From assembly GCA_963802965.1 (NCBI GenBank), contig CAWDKS010000008.1, positions 71,790 through 135,789 on the forward strand: a DNA stretch of 64,000 bases. The letters run 5' to 3'. Both the position numbers and the translations under genes were made by a program. The notes beneath the pieces were generated by a model. That model saw only the letters and a list, made by a program, of their open reading frames with translations. It ran no database searches and had not been told where the DNA came from. Shown here in pieces: positions 56,025 through 64,000 of this stretch (positions within the stretch are counted from its first letter, which is position 1; each line of letters opens with the position of its first letter). This stretch comes from an uncultured Verrucomicrobiae bacterium (GTDB lineage Bacteria; Verrucomicrobiota; Verrucomicrobiia; Limisphaerales; UBA11358).

Positions 56025-56474
56025 TCAGACCCGGGCGGAAACAAAATGACTTTCCGTCCACTTCCGTGCGAGAGTCCCCAGCGTGTCCGGTTGCAGTGTT
56101 TTCTCCAGCATCGGGAATACGTTCTTTTCCTCGCGCCGGAAATGTTCGCGCGTGGCCGCCAGCGCCTTTTTGAGCAGGCGCTGCGCCTCCGCCGCATCGG
56201 CCGTGCGGTGGATGCGCTTGAACTGGTCGTCAATTTCGTGATGATCCTGATACAGGCGGTCCAGCGCCCCCCGGTCGGCGAGGGCGTGGTCCAGGGCCGG
56301 ATAGGCCAGATTCGTTTCCGTTTCGGCATGGTCGCGCAACAAACCCTCCACCACGGACGCCAGCAATTTTACTTCCGGCGCGGATATGGAACCGGCCAGG
56401 ACCCGCTCGATTTGATCAAACACTTCGCAGAAAACCGCGTGTTCCATGATGAGAACTTTGGTGATGGATTCCAT
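56025..56474 (-). CDS. hemerythrin-like (HHE cation-binding) domain protein
   Basis: MESITKVLIMEHAVFCEVFDQI.., ..DHAETE.., LYQDHHEID.., REHFRREE: repeated H/E pairs. Confidence 0.65.
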   Translation of the reverse strand: MESITKVLIMEHAVFCEVFDQIERVLAGSISAPEVKLLASVVEGLLRDHAETETNLAYPALDHALADRGALDRLYQDHHEIDDQFKRIHRTADAAEAQRLLKKALAATREHFRREEKNVFPMLEKTLQPDTLGTLARKWTESHFVSARV

Positions 56475-56751
56475 GTCTCTAAGAATGGCACATCCGGGCG
56501 CGGTGTTCAAGTTTGGGCCGGTGAATTTTCCCGCCGGTGTCCGGCAAAATCCGTCCACGGCAGACACCTTGGCGTCTGACCGGAAGGTCTGGCCGCGTGC
56601 CCAACCTCTCGCCTGTTTGACAACGGCATGGGATTATTCGATTATTTGCGGGGAGGATTGCCGCGCCTGCGGCTGGACACGCCGTTGGGCGGATCCGGGT
56701 TTATTCCATTTGGACACCGGCAAGCAAACTGCTTTTACCGAAGCGAGTGAG

Positions 56752-58329
56752 ATGAGCACCGACACGACGATTCAAAATCTCAAAGAGGCCGAGATCAGAT
56801 ACCGTGGAATGTTCGAGAATGCCGTTGAAGGCATTTATCAGAGCACGCCCGACGGTCGTTATCTGGTGGTCAATGCCGCCCTGGCCAGGATGTATGGCTA
56901 TGAGCATCCCGGTGAATTATTGAATCAGGTGTCCGACATCCAAAACCAGATTTATGTGGATTCCACCCTCCGGGAACAGTTCAAGCGGCAAATTGAACTG
57001 ACGGGTCTTGTCCACGGGCTGGAATATCAGGTGCGGCGGCGCGATGGCAGCATCATCTGGATTTCGGAAAGCGCGCGCGCCGTCCGGGACGCCGCCGGCG
57101 CGGTTCATCACTACGAGGGATTCATTGACGATATCACCAGCCGCAAGGAAGCCGAAGCGGAACAGGCCAAACTCGAAAAGCAAATGCTGCACTCTCAAAA
57201 AATGGATGCCATCGGCACCCTCGCCAGCGGCATGGCCCACGATTTCAACAACATCCTCTGCGCCATCCTCGGCTACACGGACCTGGCCTTGGTGGATCCG
57301 CAAATCAAAGGCAAGACCCGCGACAACCTGCAAATCGTCCACAAATCCGCCTGTCGCGCACGTGACCTCATCAGCCGGATTCTCACCTTCAGCCGGCGGG
57401 CCGACGCCGAGCGTCATCCGCTCAAACTGGGCGCCATTCTCGCGGAAGGCGTGAAAACCCTCAACGCCACCATGCCTTCGTCCATCGCCATCCATGTGGA
57501 CATCCGAACCGATGAGGACGTGGTGGTGGCGGATGCCACGGAAATGCATCAGGTCATCATGAATCTCGGCACCAACGCCGGACACGCCATGAAATCGAAA
57601 GGCGGACGGCTGGATTACGGATTGGAGATCCTCGACCTCGAACCCGGCCCGGCGGCCGCCCTGTCCATCCCCGCCGGCCGGTATGTCCACCTGATTGTCA
57701 GCGACACCGGCCGGGGCATGAGCCCTGAAGTCGTAGAAAAAATTTTCGAACCTTTCTTCACCACCAAAGGCCCTGGCAAGGGCACGGGTTTGGGCCTGAC
57801 CCTGGTCCAAAAAATTGTCAGCCGCAGCCGCGGACACATCAAGGTGAGCAGCCAGGAAGGCCAGGGCACCACCTTCCACCTTTATTTCCCCCAATCCCAT
57901 GAACCGCCGGCCCCGGCCCCGGCGGATAAAAACCAGCTCCTGCGCGGACACCGCGAACAAATCCTCGTGGTGGACGATGAAATCCACATCCTCGACATGA
58001 TGCAGCAACACCTGCGCAAAATGGGCTACCGCGTCACCACCCGGGCCGACAGCCTGGAAGCCATGAACACGTTCCGCGCCGACCCGGACCATTTCGATCT
58101 GGTCATCACCGACCACACCATGCCGGGTTTGCAGGGCGCCGACCTCGCCGAGGAATTGGGCGCCATCCGCCCCGATTTGCCCGTCATCCTGATGACCGGT
58201 CTCAATCCGCCGCCGGACCTGGTGGCCTCCCGACATGCACCCTTGCGTCGGGTTTTCCAAAAACCCATCAATTTTGTCGAGCTGTCCCATTGCCTGCGCA
58301 AATTCCTCGGCCACCCGGATGGTCATTGA
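56752..58329 (+). CDS. hybrid sensor histidine kinase (PAS-HisKA-HATPase-REC)
   Basis: PAS YRGMFENAVEGIYQSTPDGRY; H-box MAHDFNNIL; G-box GTGLGLTLV; receiver ILVVDDE..DLVITDHTMPG. Confidence 0.88.
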   Translation: MSTDTTIQNLKEAEIRYRGMFENAVEGIYQSTPDGRYLVVNAALARMYGYEHPGELLNQVSDIQNQIYVDSTLREQFKRQIELTGLVHGLEYQVRRRDGSIIWISESARAVRDAAGAVHHYEGFIDDITSRKEAEAEQAKLEKQMLHSQKMDAIGTLASGMAHDFNNILCAILGYTDLALVDPQIKGKTRDNLQIVHKSACRARDLISRILTFSRRADAERHPLKLGAILAEGVKTLNATMPSSIAIHVDIRTDEDVVVADATEMHQVIMNLGTNAGHAMKSKGGRLDYGLEILDLEPGPAAALSIPAGRYVHLIVSDTGRGMSPEVVEKIFEPFFTTKGPGKGTGLGLTLVQKIVSRSRGHIKVSSQEGQGTTFHLYFPQSHEPPAPAPADKNQLLRGHREQILVVDDEIHILDMMQQHLRKMGYRVTTRADSLEAMNTFRADPDHFDLVITDHTMPGLQGADLAEELGAIRPDLPVILMTGLNPPPDLVASRHAPLRRVFQKPINFVELSHCLRKFLGHPDGH

Positions 58330-58359
58330 CCGCCAGGACACCAGGCCGCGGAGAAACAT

Positions 58360-58476
58360 AAATCACGGCAGACGCGACTGTTTATCCGCGAATTGCGCCA
58401 ATTATCGCTAATTTCGGAGCGCGGACAGCTTGTCCGCGTTTATCTTTCAACTCGCGGGCTCGCAGCCCGCGCTCCT
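58360..58476. repeat. family-E ~115-bp element, copy 1
   Basis: aaatcacggcagacgcgactgtttatccgcgaattgcgccaattatcgctaatttcggagcgcggacagcttgtccgcg...; ~90% identical by eye to 60299-60446. Confidence 0.75.
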
Positions 58477-58653
58477 GCGGCAATCGCCGTTCGCCACGCC
58501 CGGCGTGAATGAGCAATCCCAAGTCGCGCAATTAGCGTTGTATTCGGGTGTAACGGAATCGTAACAAATCCATTCTTGTCCAATCGGTTTCACCTTTGCG
58601 AAGTTTCCGGCGATGAGTGGGCGCGAATTTCATTTGGTTGCGCTGCTCGCCGT

Positions 58654-59283
58654 ATGAAACACTATTTATCCCTGGCCCTTGCATTGGCATGCATCTCGTT
58701 GGTCATAGCTCTTGTCGAGATGAAACGGGGTGATGATGCGCAGCAGGAAAATGATGCCGGCGCGATTGCTGATTATTCAAACCGGTTGGACACGGCGCAA
58801 ATCCAAATCGCCTTTTGCAAGGGAACGATGCTCACCTTGTCCAACCGCCTCGATGAAAGCCGGTCCGCGTCATTGACGTTTTCAAACCAACTGACGGATG
58901 CCGAATCCGCCATTGCTCTCGGCACGGAACAAATCACCAACCTGAACCGGCAGGTCGCGGAGGTGAAATCGGAAAATCAAACCTTGGACCAACGCGACAT
59001 GGATTTGACCAACCAGGTGGCCGGCCTCACGAGGCAAATCGCCCTGACCGGGACCAATCTGGCTCAGGCAAACAAAGACTATGCGCTCCTGGAAAATCGG
59101 TTGCGCCGGGACGTGGCCGAGCGGGTGGTGGCGGACCGACGATTTAACAATCTTACGGAACTGCGGGGTCAAGAATGGTATTTGGAGCAGAACCCGACCG
59201 CGGCGATTTCCGCCGAGAGCATCTATGCGGGCCTGGACGTGGAGGTCAAATCGAACACGTTCCATGTCATTGCCCCGAACTGA
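58654..59283 (+). CDS. membrane-anchored coiled-coil protein, hypothetical
   Basis: MKHYLSLALALACISLVIALV then heptad-rich N/Q/L sequence. Confidence 0.5.
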   Translation: MKHYLSLALALACISLVIALVEMKRGDDAQQENDAGAIADYSNRLDTAQIQIAFCKGTMLTLSNRLDESRSASLTFSNQLTDAESAIALGTEQITNLNRQVAEVKSENQTLDQRDMDLTNQVAGLTRQIALTGTNLAQANKDYALLENRLRRDVAERVVADRRFNNLTELRGQEWYLEQNPTAAISAESIYAGLDVEVKSNTFHVIAPN

Positions 59284-59459
59284 TTGGCTCCCCTGCCTCC
59301 GTCACAAAGTGGTTGATGGTTGAGCCGTCTTCGCTGCGCTTCGTCGCGCCAAGGAGTTGAGGGTCACGGCAATCGCCATTCGCTCGATGTGACTTTAACG
59401 GTAGGGCAGAGCTGCCGCTCTGCTGGGAATGGCGGCGCAGCGGAGACTGTCTCAAAACT

Positions 59460-59535
59460 GTAGCAGCGGACGTGAGTCCGCTCTAATCTTAAACGAAATT
59501 CCAAGAACAGTGAGCCGACTCACGTCGGCTGCTAC
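59460..59535. repeat. family-A element
   Basis: gtagcagcggacgtgagtccgctc...gagccgactcacgtcggctgctac. Confidence 0.75.
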
Positions 59536-59668
59536 CAAAAAATGGCGTATGGAGACAATCTCAACGGCACCGTCCTGCCACAACCCACTTTACCACAATC
59601 ACCATTCGCCACGACCAATGTGCAGCCATAATCCCGCATCGCGCAGCACCTGCAATTGCCGGCGGATT

Positions 59669-60097
59669 TCAGCGGATGTTCTCCTTGAAAATCAACAGCA
59701 GCCGTCGGCACGCGGGGATGTCCTTCGCCAGCAATTCCCCGTTCAGCGGTGTGTTCAAAAACTCGCTGTAACCGGGCAGGCGCCGCAGCTCCGGCGAGTC
59801 CAAATCCCGGAAGGCCATGGCCGAATTGGGAAAATTCCGCTCCTTAATCGGCCCCTGGATCAGGCGGATGAGATTATCATGACGTGGGTCGTGGCTTATT
59901 TTTTCAAAAAGCTCGATGAGCGCCGCCTTCTTGCCCTCCAGCGCCTGTATGAACGCGCCGCTCTGGTAGAGCAGCAAACCCGTGATGCCTGCCCGGGTAT
60001 TCCTCCGGACGCTGCCCTTGAGCAATTCCATCAACTCGGCCTTGCCGAGAGGCTCCGTGGCCGTGCTCGTATAAACAATCTGGTATAACGACTCCAT
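59669..60097 (-). CDS. BLUF-domain blue-light FAD photoreceptor (short, stand-alone)
   Basis: LYQIVYTSTATEPLGKAELMELLKGSVRRNTRAGITGLLLYQSGAFIQALEG.....LF.KI..D.RH. Confidence 0.85.
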   Translation of the reverse strand: MESLYQIVYTSTATEPLGKAELMELLKGSVRRNTRAGITGLLLYQSGAFIQALEGKKAALIELFEKISHDPRHDNLIRLIQGPIKERNFPNSAMAFRDLDSPELRRLPGYSEFLNTPLNGELLAKDIPACRRLLLIFKENIR

Positions 60098-60298
60098 AAC
60101 CCGTCAGACTTAGCTTCGTCCCTGTCTCTAATAAGGCAAATGAAATCTTCTGACAACTTTTTAGCGTAAAGCCCCGGAGGAAAAACGATGATAACACCGC
60201 GCGCGACGCGCAGCAACCGACCAACAGAAGCCAACAAAGGAAACGAAGAAGCGAAGGTGGTCCCGGCCTTTGTTCCCTTGGTTTCCTTCTGCAAAACC

Positions 60299-60446
60299 AA
60301 ATCACGGCAGACGCGACTGTTCATCCGCGAATTACGCCAAATATCGCGAATTTCGGAGCGCGGACAGCTTGTCCGCGTTTTGCTTCAACTCGCGGGTTGG
60401 TCCACCCTCCACCGTAACGCTACGGCGGACGGGCAGCCCGCGCTCC
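60299..60446. repeat. family-E element, copy 2 (with ~35-bp internal insertion)
   Basis: aaatcacggcagacgcgactgttcatccgcgaattacgccaaatatcgcgaatttcggagcgcggacagcttgtccgcg... Confidence 0.75.
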
Positions 60447-60484
60447 CACGGCAGACGTCCGAGGCCGGGCCTTGTCGCGCCAGC

Positions 60485-60643
60485 CTATGGGTTTCTCGTG
60501 CGGAATCCGCCCAGGAAATAGACGACAAGGCATATCAACAGTAGCAGGCCAAGCCCGCTGCCGCCGATGACGGGACCACCAAAGTAAAACCCGCCGCCGC
60601 CGAACAAGAGAAGCAGAACCACCATGAGTAATAATATATTCAT
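60485..60643 (-). CDS. small Gly-rich two-TM membrane protein (DUF3309-like)
   Basis: MNILLLMVVLLLLFGGGGFYFGGPVIGGSGLGLLLLICLVVYFLGGFRTRNP. Confidence 0.45.
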   Translation of the reverse strand: MNILLLMVVLLLLFGGGGFYFGGPVIGGSGLGLLLLICLVVYFLGGFRTRNP

Positions 60644-60768
60644 GCCGGCAAGATAACACGCCGCTGCCTGGTTGCCATGGGGTCTTTCCCCCAGAGGCGG
60701 AAGCAAAAATCATTTCACGCCGATGACCGCCCCGCAGAAATCATTCCGGCCCCGGCCCTGAATCATCA

Positions 60769-61848
60769 TCACCTCACCCACAGAAGAATCAGCAAATCGA
60801 TGGCAAAGAAAATCACGATGATGATTTCCAGCCATAACATCCGTTGCTCGTTCAGTTCGGCGTGGACGACGCTGTAAAGCTTGTCGAGCTGGGCGAGGCG
60901 TTGCTCGACGCTGGCACGCCATTGGTCGAGATAAAAACGGTCGCGCGCGCCGAGATAAACGCGGGCGAGATGCCAGTCGCCAAAAAATTTCGTGATGTGC
61001 GTGACCTCGTCGGTGAGTTTCGCCACGTCCACGCGGAACCGGCGCAAATGGCGCAACACCTTGTTCGCCCGGCCGAACAAGGGCACGTGCTGCCGTTCCA
61101 CGTCCTCATAAGCCCGGTCGAGATAAGTGTCGAGCCGGCGATCCATCACGCGGAATTCCTCCAGTTGCAGGTTCGCCAGTTCCAGGGCATACAACACATC
61201 GTCCACGTAGCCTGTCAAATCCACCACCAACGCCGCGTCCCAGTCAATCACCACCAGGTCCGTGTTTTCGAACGAGCGCTGGATGCGCAGCACCTCGGTC
61301 ACCTGCGCCTCGCTCAACTGCTCCGCCGCCGTCTCCGTGAGCAGCCCCGCCACCGCGCGCCGTTGACCCTCGAGCCAGCGGTTCACATCCTTCACCACCG
61401 CCAGATCGGTCAGGCAAAACACCGTGTAAGCCTCCGGCGGCGGCGGAAACTCCGTGCGCGCCACCAGCAAATCCCGGAGACTCTCGCAGACATCCGCGCA
61501 AAGCTTCACCGCCACCGCATCCAGCGTCTCACCGGTTTCCAGCTTCGGATTGTGAAACGGCATCAGGTCCGCCAGCGCGTCGGTGTCAAACGCCGCCCGC
61601 ATCATCACCGTCACCACCCCCACGTCGTAAACGCGAATCAGCAGGCGCACGGGTGCGCCGTGCAACCGGCCGGGTAACGGATGCGGCTCGATGGCCAGCG
61701 GCTTGTAAAGCGGCATGTCCTTCGGCAACGTCCGGTCCATCCGGATTTCGAACGGGAACGGTTTTTCCGACAGGATTTCCTGCACGCGCGACGTGATGAT
61801 TTCGTTGGCCACATCAAACGCGTAAAGATAGACGACTTCACCTTTCAT
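60769..61848 (-). CDS. RMD1/DUF155 (YagE-like) family protein with C-terminal TM helix
   Basis: MKGEVVYLYAFDVANEI.. start, long helical region, C-terminal WLEIIIVIFFAIDLLILLW; family call from memory. Confidence 0.6.
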   Translation of the reverse strand: MKGEVVYLYAFDVANEIITSRVQEILSEKPFPFEIRMDRTLPKDMPLYKPLAIEPHPLPGRLHGAPVRLLIRVYDVGVVTVMMRAAFDTDALADLMPFHNPKLETGETLDAVAVKLCADVCESLRDLLVARTEFPPPPEAYTVFCLTDLAVVKDVNRWLEGQRRAVAGLLTETAAEQLSEAQVTEVLRIQRSFENTDLVVIDWDAALVVDLTGYVDDVLYALELANLQLEEFRVMDRRLDTYLDRAYEDVERQHVPLFGRANKVLRHLRRFRVDVAKLTDEVTHITKFFGDWHLARVYLGARDRFYLDQWRASVEQRLAQLDKLYSVVHAELNEQRMLWLEIIIVIFFAIDLLILLWVR

Positions 61849-62043
61849 CCGCTTAAAGCTACTCTCCGAAGACGAATTGTCGAGACCACCGGTCAATTCA
61901 AGCGAACTACGCGGAAGGAAAATCAAGGCAGCCGCCAGAAGCCGCAAAGCGGTTGAGGGTTGAGAGTTGAGCGTCACGACAATCGCCATTCGCCGCGCTC
62001 AAAAGCATAAACATCGGCGGTCGTGAATTCGTTTGTAGCAGCC

Positions 62044-62138
62044 GACCCGTCCTCCGTAGCAGTACTGCGGAGGGTGGACGTGAGTCGGCTCTGACTTTTA
62101 AGAATGAGCGAACTCACGTTCGCAGCTACGGTCGCGCT
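62044..62138. repeat. family-A element carrying the nested 31-bp mini-element
   Basis: gtagcagccgac[ccgtcctccgtagcagtactgcggagggtgg]acgtgagtcggctc...gagcgaactcacgttcgcagctac. Confidence 0.72.
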
Positions 62139-62375
62139 CCCCAGCACGATATTCAACACATCCAGCGTCCAGCCGCGCCGGCTGCCGGGGACGAGAACGA
62201 TTACCCGAAACGGACAATTTTTGGTGTGTTTTTGGCAAAAAGTCAGTGGCGTCCGCATCCTTTCATGAAACATTCAAGGTAGAAGCAGTCTTTGTCTGGG
62301 GATACAACCGTATCGCTTGACCGTGGCTGCCGGCCTATGGGGAAGCCCAAGGCAAAAATTAATTGATATTTCAAT

Positions 62376-62783
62376 ATGATACCATGGAGTGAGCAGTTTG
62401 CAACGGGTTCCAGCGAGCTTGACCACCAACACCGGATGTTGATCAACAACATCAATCATCTGGAAGGAATGCTGGCCGTCTCCAATCCGACCCGGGAGGA
62501 ATGTGAATTTGTGATCCAACTGGTGGATTTTCTGGACAGTTACGCCAACACGCATTTCGAGCTTGAGGAGCAATGCATGCAGCGTCACCGGTGTCCGGCC
62601 CATGAAGAAAACAAACTGGGTCACGAACAGTTCCGGGCCTTTTTCCAAACCTTCAAGAAGCGCTACAAGGCGGAAGGCTTCCGCCGGGAAGTCATTTTGA
62701 GCCTGCATCAAACGGCCAGCCGTTGGATTGAGGAGCACATTCTAAGGGTGGATACCCAACTCAGGCCATGCATCAAACCTTGA
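62376..62783 (+). CDS. bacteriohemerythrin
   Basis: MIPWSEQFATGSSELDHQHRMLINNINHL.., ..THFELEE.., ..H...H..F, WIEEHILRVD. Confidence 0.85.
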   Translation: MIPWSEQFATGSSELDHQHRMLINNINHLEGMLAVSNPTREECEFVIQLVDFLDSYANTHFELEEQCMQRHRCPAHEENKLGHEQFRAFFQTFKKRYKAEGFRREVILSLHQTASRWIEEHILRVDTQLRPCIKP

Positions 62784-62904
62784 CTTCAAAGCAGCGCGAA
62801 GACGGAGGGCGCCGGATGATTTGCGACGGTCACAGACCGCCGCTACAACGTTCAGAACCCGCCTTCCCCAAAAATCAAAAGGAGCCGGATTCTTCCCCTT
62901 GTTT

Positions 62905-63462
62905 ATGAAAACCATTGCGCCCGCCGAACTCCAAAAATTACTGGTCGTTCAACCCAACCTGCCCGTGCTGGATGTCCGCACGCCGGCGGAATACGCCGAG
63001 GCGCATGTGCCGCAAGCCCGCAACGAACCGCTTGACAAACTTCAGTCCAAGGCGCTCTACGCGGCGGGCGGCCTGCCCAAGGATGGTCCCGTTTACATTC
63101 TCTGCCGTTCGGGCGGACGCGCCACCAAGGCGGCGGAACTGTTCGCACGGGAAGGATTCGATCAAGCCGTGGTTGTGGAAGGCGGCACGCAGGCGTGGTG
63201 CGTTGCCGGCCTGCCCGTGAGCCGCGGCAGCGTCAAAGTCATCAGCCTCGAACGACAGGTGCGGATTGCCGCCGGTTCAATCGTGCTGATTGGAATCCTG
63301 CTCGCATGGCTCATCCATCCGGGCTTCGTTGGAATCTCGGCGTTTGTCGGGGTTGGGCTGGTTTTTGCCGGCATCACGGATTGGTGCGGCATGGGAATGT
63401 TGCTGGCAAAGATGCCGTGGAATCAATCCGCCGGTTGTGCCACGGCTTGCAAACCGACGTGA
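62905..63462 (+). CDS. rhodanese domain fused to DUF2892-like membrane tail (YgaP-like)
   Basis: VLDVRTPAEYAEAHVPQARN.., ILCRSGGRATKAAE; C-terminal two TM with ITDWCGMGMLL. Confidence 0.85.
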   Translation: MKTIAPAELQKLLVVQPNLPVLDVRTPAEYAEAHVPQARNEPLDKLQSKALYAAGGLPKDGPVYILCRSGGRATKAAELFAREGFDQAVVVEGGTQAWCVAGLPVSRGSVKVISLERQVRIAAGSIVLIGILLAWLIHPGFVGISAFVGVGLVFAGITDWCGMGMLLAKMPWNQSAGCATACKPT

Positions 63463-63590
63463 CTTGAAATTTCACGGCAGACGCCAGAGGCCGCAAAGCG
63501 ATTGAGGGTTGAAGGTTGAAGGTTGAGGGTCACGGCGATCGCCATTCGCCGCGCTCAAGAGCATAAACCTCGGCGGTGGTGAATTCTCCA

Positions 63591-63672
63591 GTAGGAGCCG
63601 ACGTGAGGAGGCTCAGACTTTCCGGCTGGCCAGGAGGTTTTTCAGATGGAGTCTCGTTACCTCGTCTCCTAC
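63591..63672. repeat. family-A variant element
   Basis: gtaggagccgacgtgaggaggctc...gagtctcgttacctcgtctcctac. Confidence 0.75.
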
Positions 63673-63764
63673 TTTCCACAAGCCGTCGCACCGCCTTCAG
63701 CACGTCCAACGTCCAGCCGCACTTTCTCCCTTGAATTCAATCCCGCACGCCCTACGCTTCCGTC

Positions 63765-64000
63765 GTGAAGTTCACCCACTATTTCCTGGCCATGCGGCAA
63801 CGACCAGACCGCGCCGTGATCCAGATGGAGTGGATTCAACGGGTGATTGAACATCCCGAAAAAGAAGTTGTGCAACAGGACGGTCGCATCCGTCGCTGGG
63901 TGCGCATCAACGAGATGGACGGACGCGCGCTTCGTGTTATATTGCTGCCCGACGGCGAGACCGTTCACAACGCGTTTTTCGACCGGACATTTAAGCCATG
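63765..64000 (+). CDS. small DUF4258-like protein, 3' end at or over the window edge
   Basis: My translation VKFTHYFLAMRQRPDRAVIQMEWIQRVIEHPEKEVVQQDGRIRRWVRINEMDGRALRVILLPDGETVHNAFFDRTFKP..; not in ORF track (no in-window stop). Confidence 0.4.
   Translation, partial: MKFTHYFLAMRQRPDRAVIQMEWIQRVIEHPEKEVVQQDGRIRRWVRINEMDGRALRVILLPDGETVHNAFFDRTFKP

Noticed and set aside
58330-63680. CRISPR array among the densely repeated intergenic sequences.
   Set aside because: The repeats are heterogeneous families at irregular spacing, separated by genes. There is no regular repeat-spacer periodicity and there are no cas genes.
1-64000. Looked for rRNA, tmRNA, RNase P RNA, riboswitches, transposases, integrases and prophage structural genes.
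   Set aside because: Nothing recognisable was found by eye. Only one tRNA was found. The absence of structured ncRNAs cannot be excluded without covariance-model searches.

Overview
A 64-kb high-G+C bacterial chromosomal window. The gene content and repeat style suggest a PVC/Verrucomicrobia-like organism, but this is inference only. All calls come from reading the sequence and the ORF track by eye; no searches were run. Repeat boundaries and G+C statements are estimates.

**Layout**
- 1-634: 3' end of a multiheme cytochrome c gene.
- ~640-9580: accessory/defence region.
  - Contents: hicBA-like pair, putative HNH restriction enzyme, two Vsr paralogs.
  - It also holds a tightly coupled minus-strand operon: XRE/C-protein, m5C methyltransferase, UvrD-type helicase fused to a Cas4-like nuclease, DEDDh exonuclease, Vsr.
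- 9593-24190: System II cytochrome c biogenesis (ccsA, resB), a two-domain lipoprotein, a large OM beta-barrel, three multiheme cytochromes, hemA. This is a candidate porin-cytochrome conduit.
- 24466-28389: rhodanese plus MauE/DoxX pair, tRNA-Asp, mutL.
- 28518-42119: LPS/glycan locus with many glycosyltransferases, msbA and a DegT aminotransferase.
- 42314-55026: housekeeping genes: prfB (classic +1 frameshift), trpC, pdxA, surA-like, ilvN, ilvC, argJ, argC, rpsI, rplM.
- 55205-64000: redox/light-sensing neighbourhood: CDGSH, two hemerythrin-like proteins, hybrid histidine kinase, BLUF, rhodanese.

**Main observations**
1. The central 1.6 kb of the helicase-nuclease gene (5337-6924) is inverted relative to its own N- and C-terminal parts. 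The segment is bounded by a 6-bp inverted repeat. Flipping it restores one 3,204-nt ORF.
2. That gene sits where a restriction endonuclease would be expected in a C/M/Vsr operon. I cannot assign this combination to a named system.
3. Several families of short palindromic repeats pervade the window. They are repeatedly inserted in-frame inside conserved genes (vsr paralog, trpC, argJ three times, a methyltransferase), with nested insertions.
4. argJ and one cytochrome gene each carry an apparent frameshift.

No rRNA, CRISPR array, transposase, integrase or prophage genes were seen.
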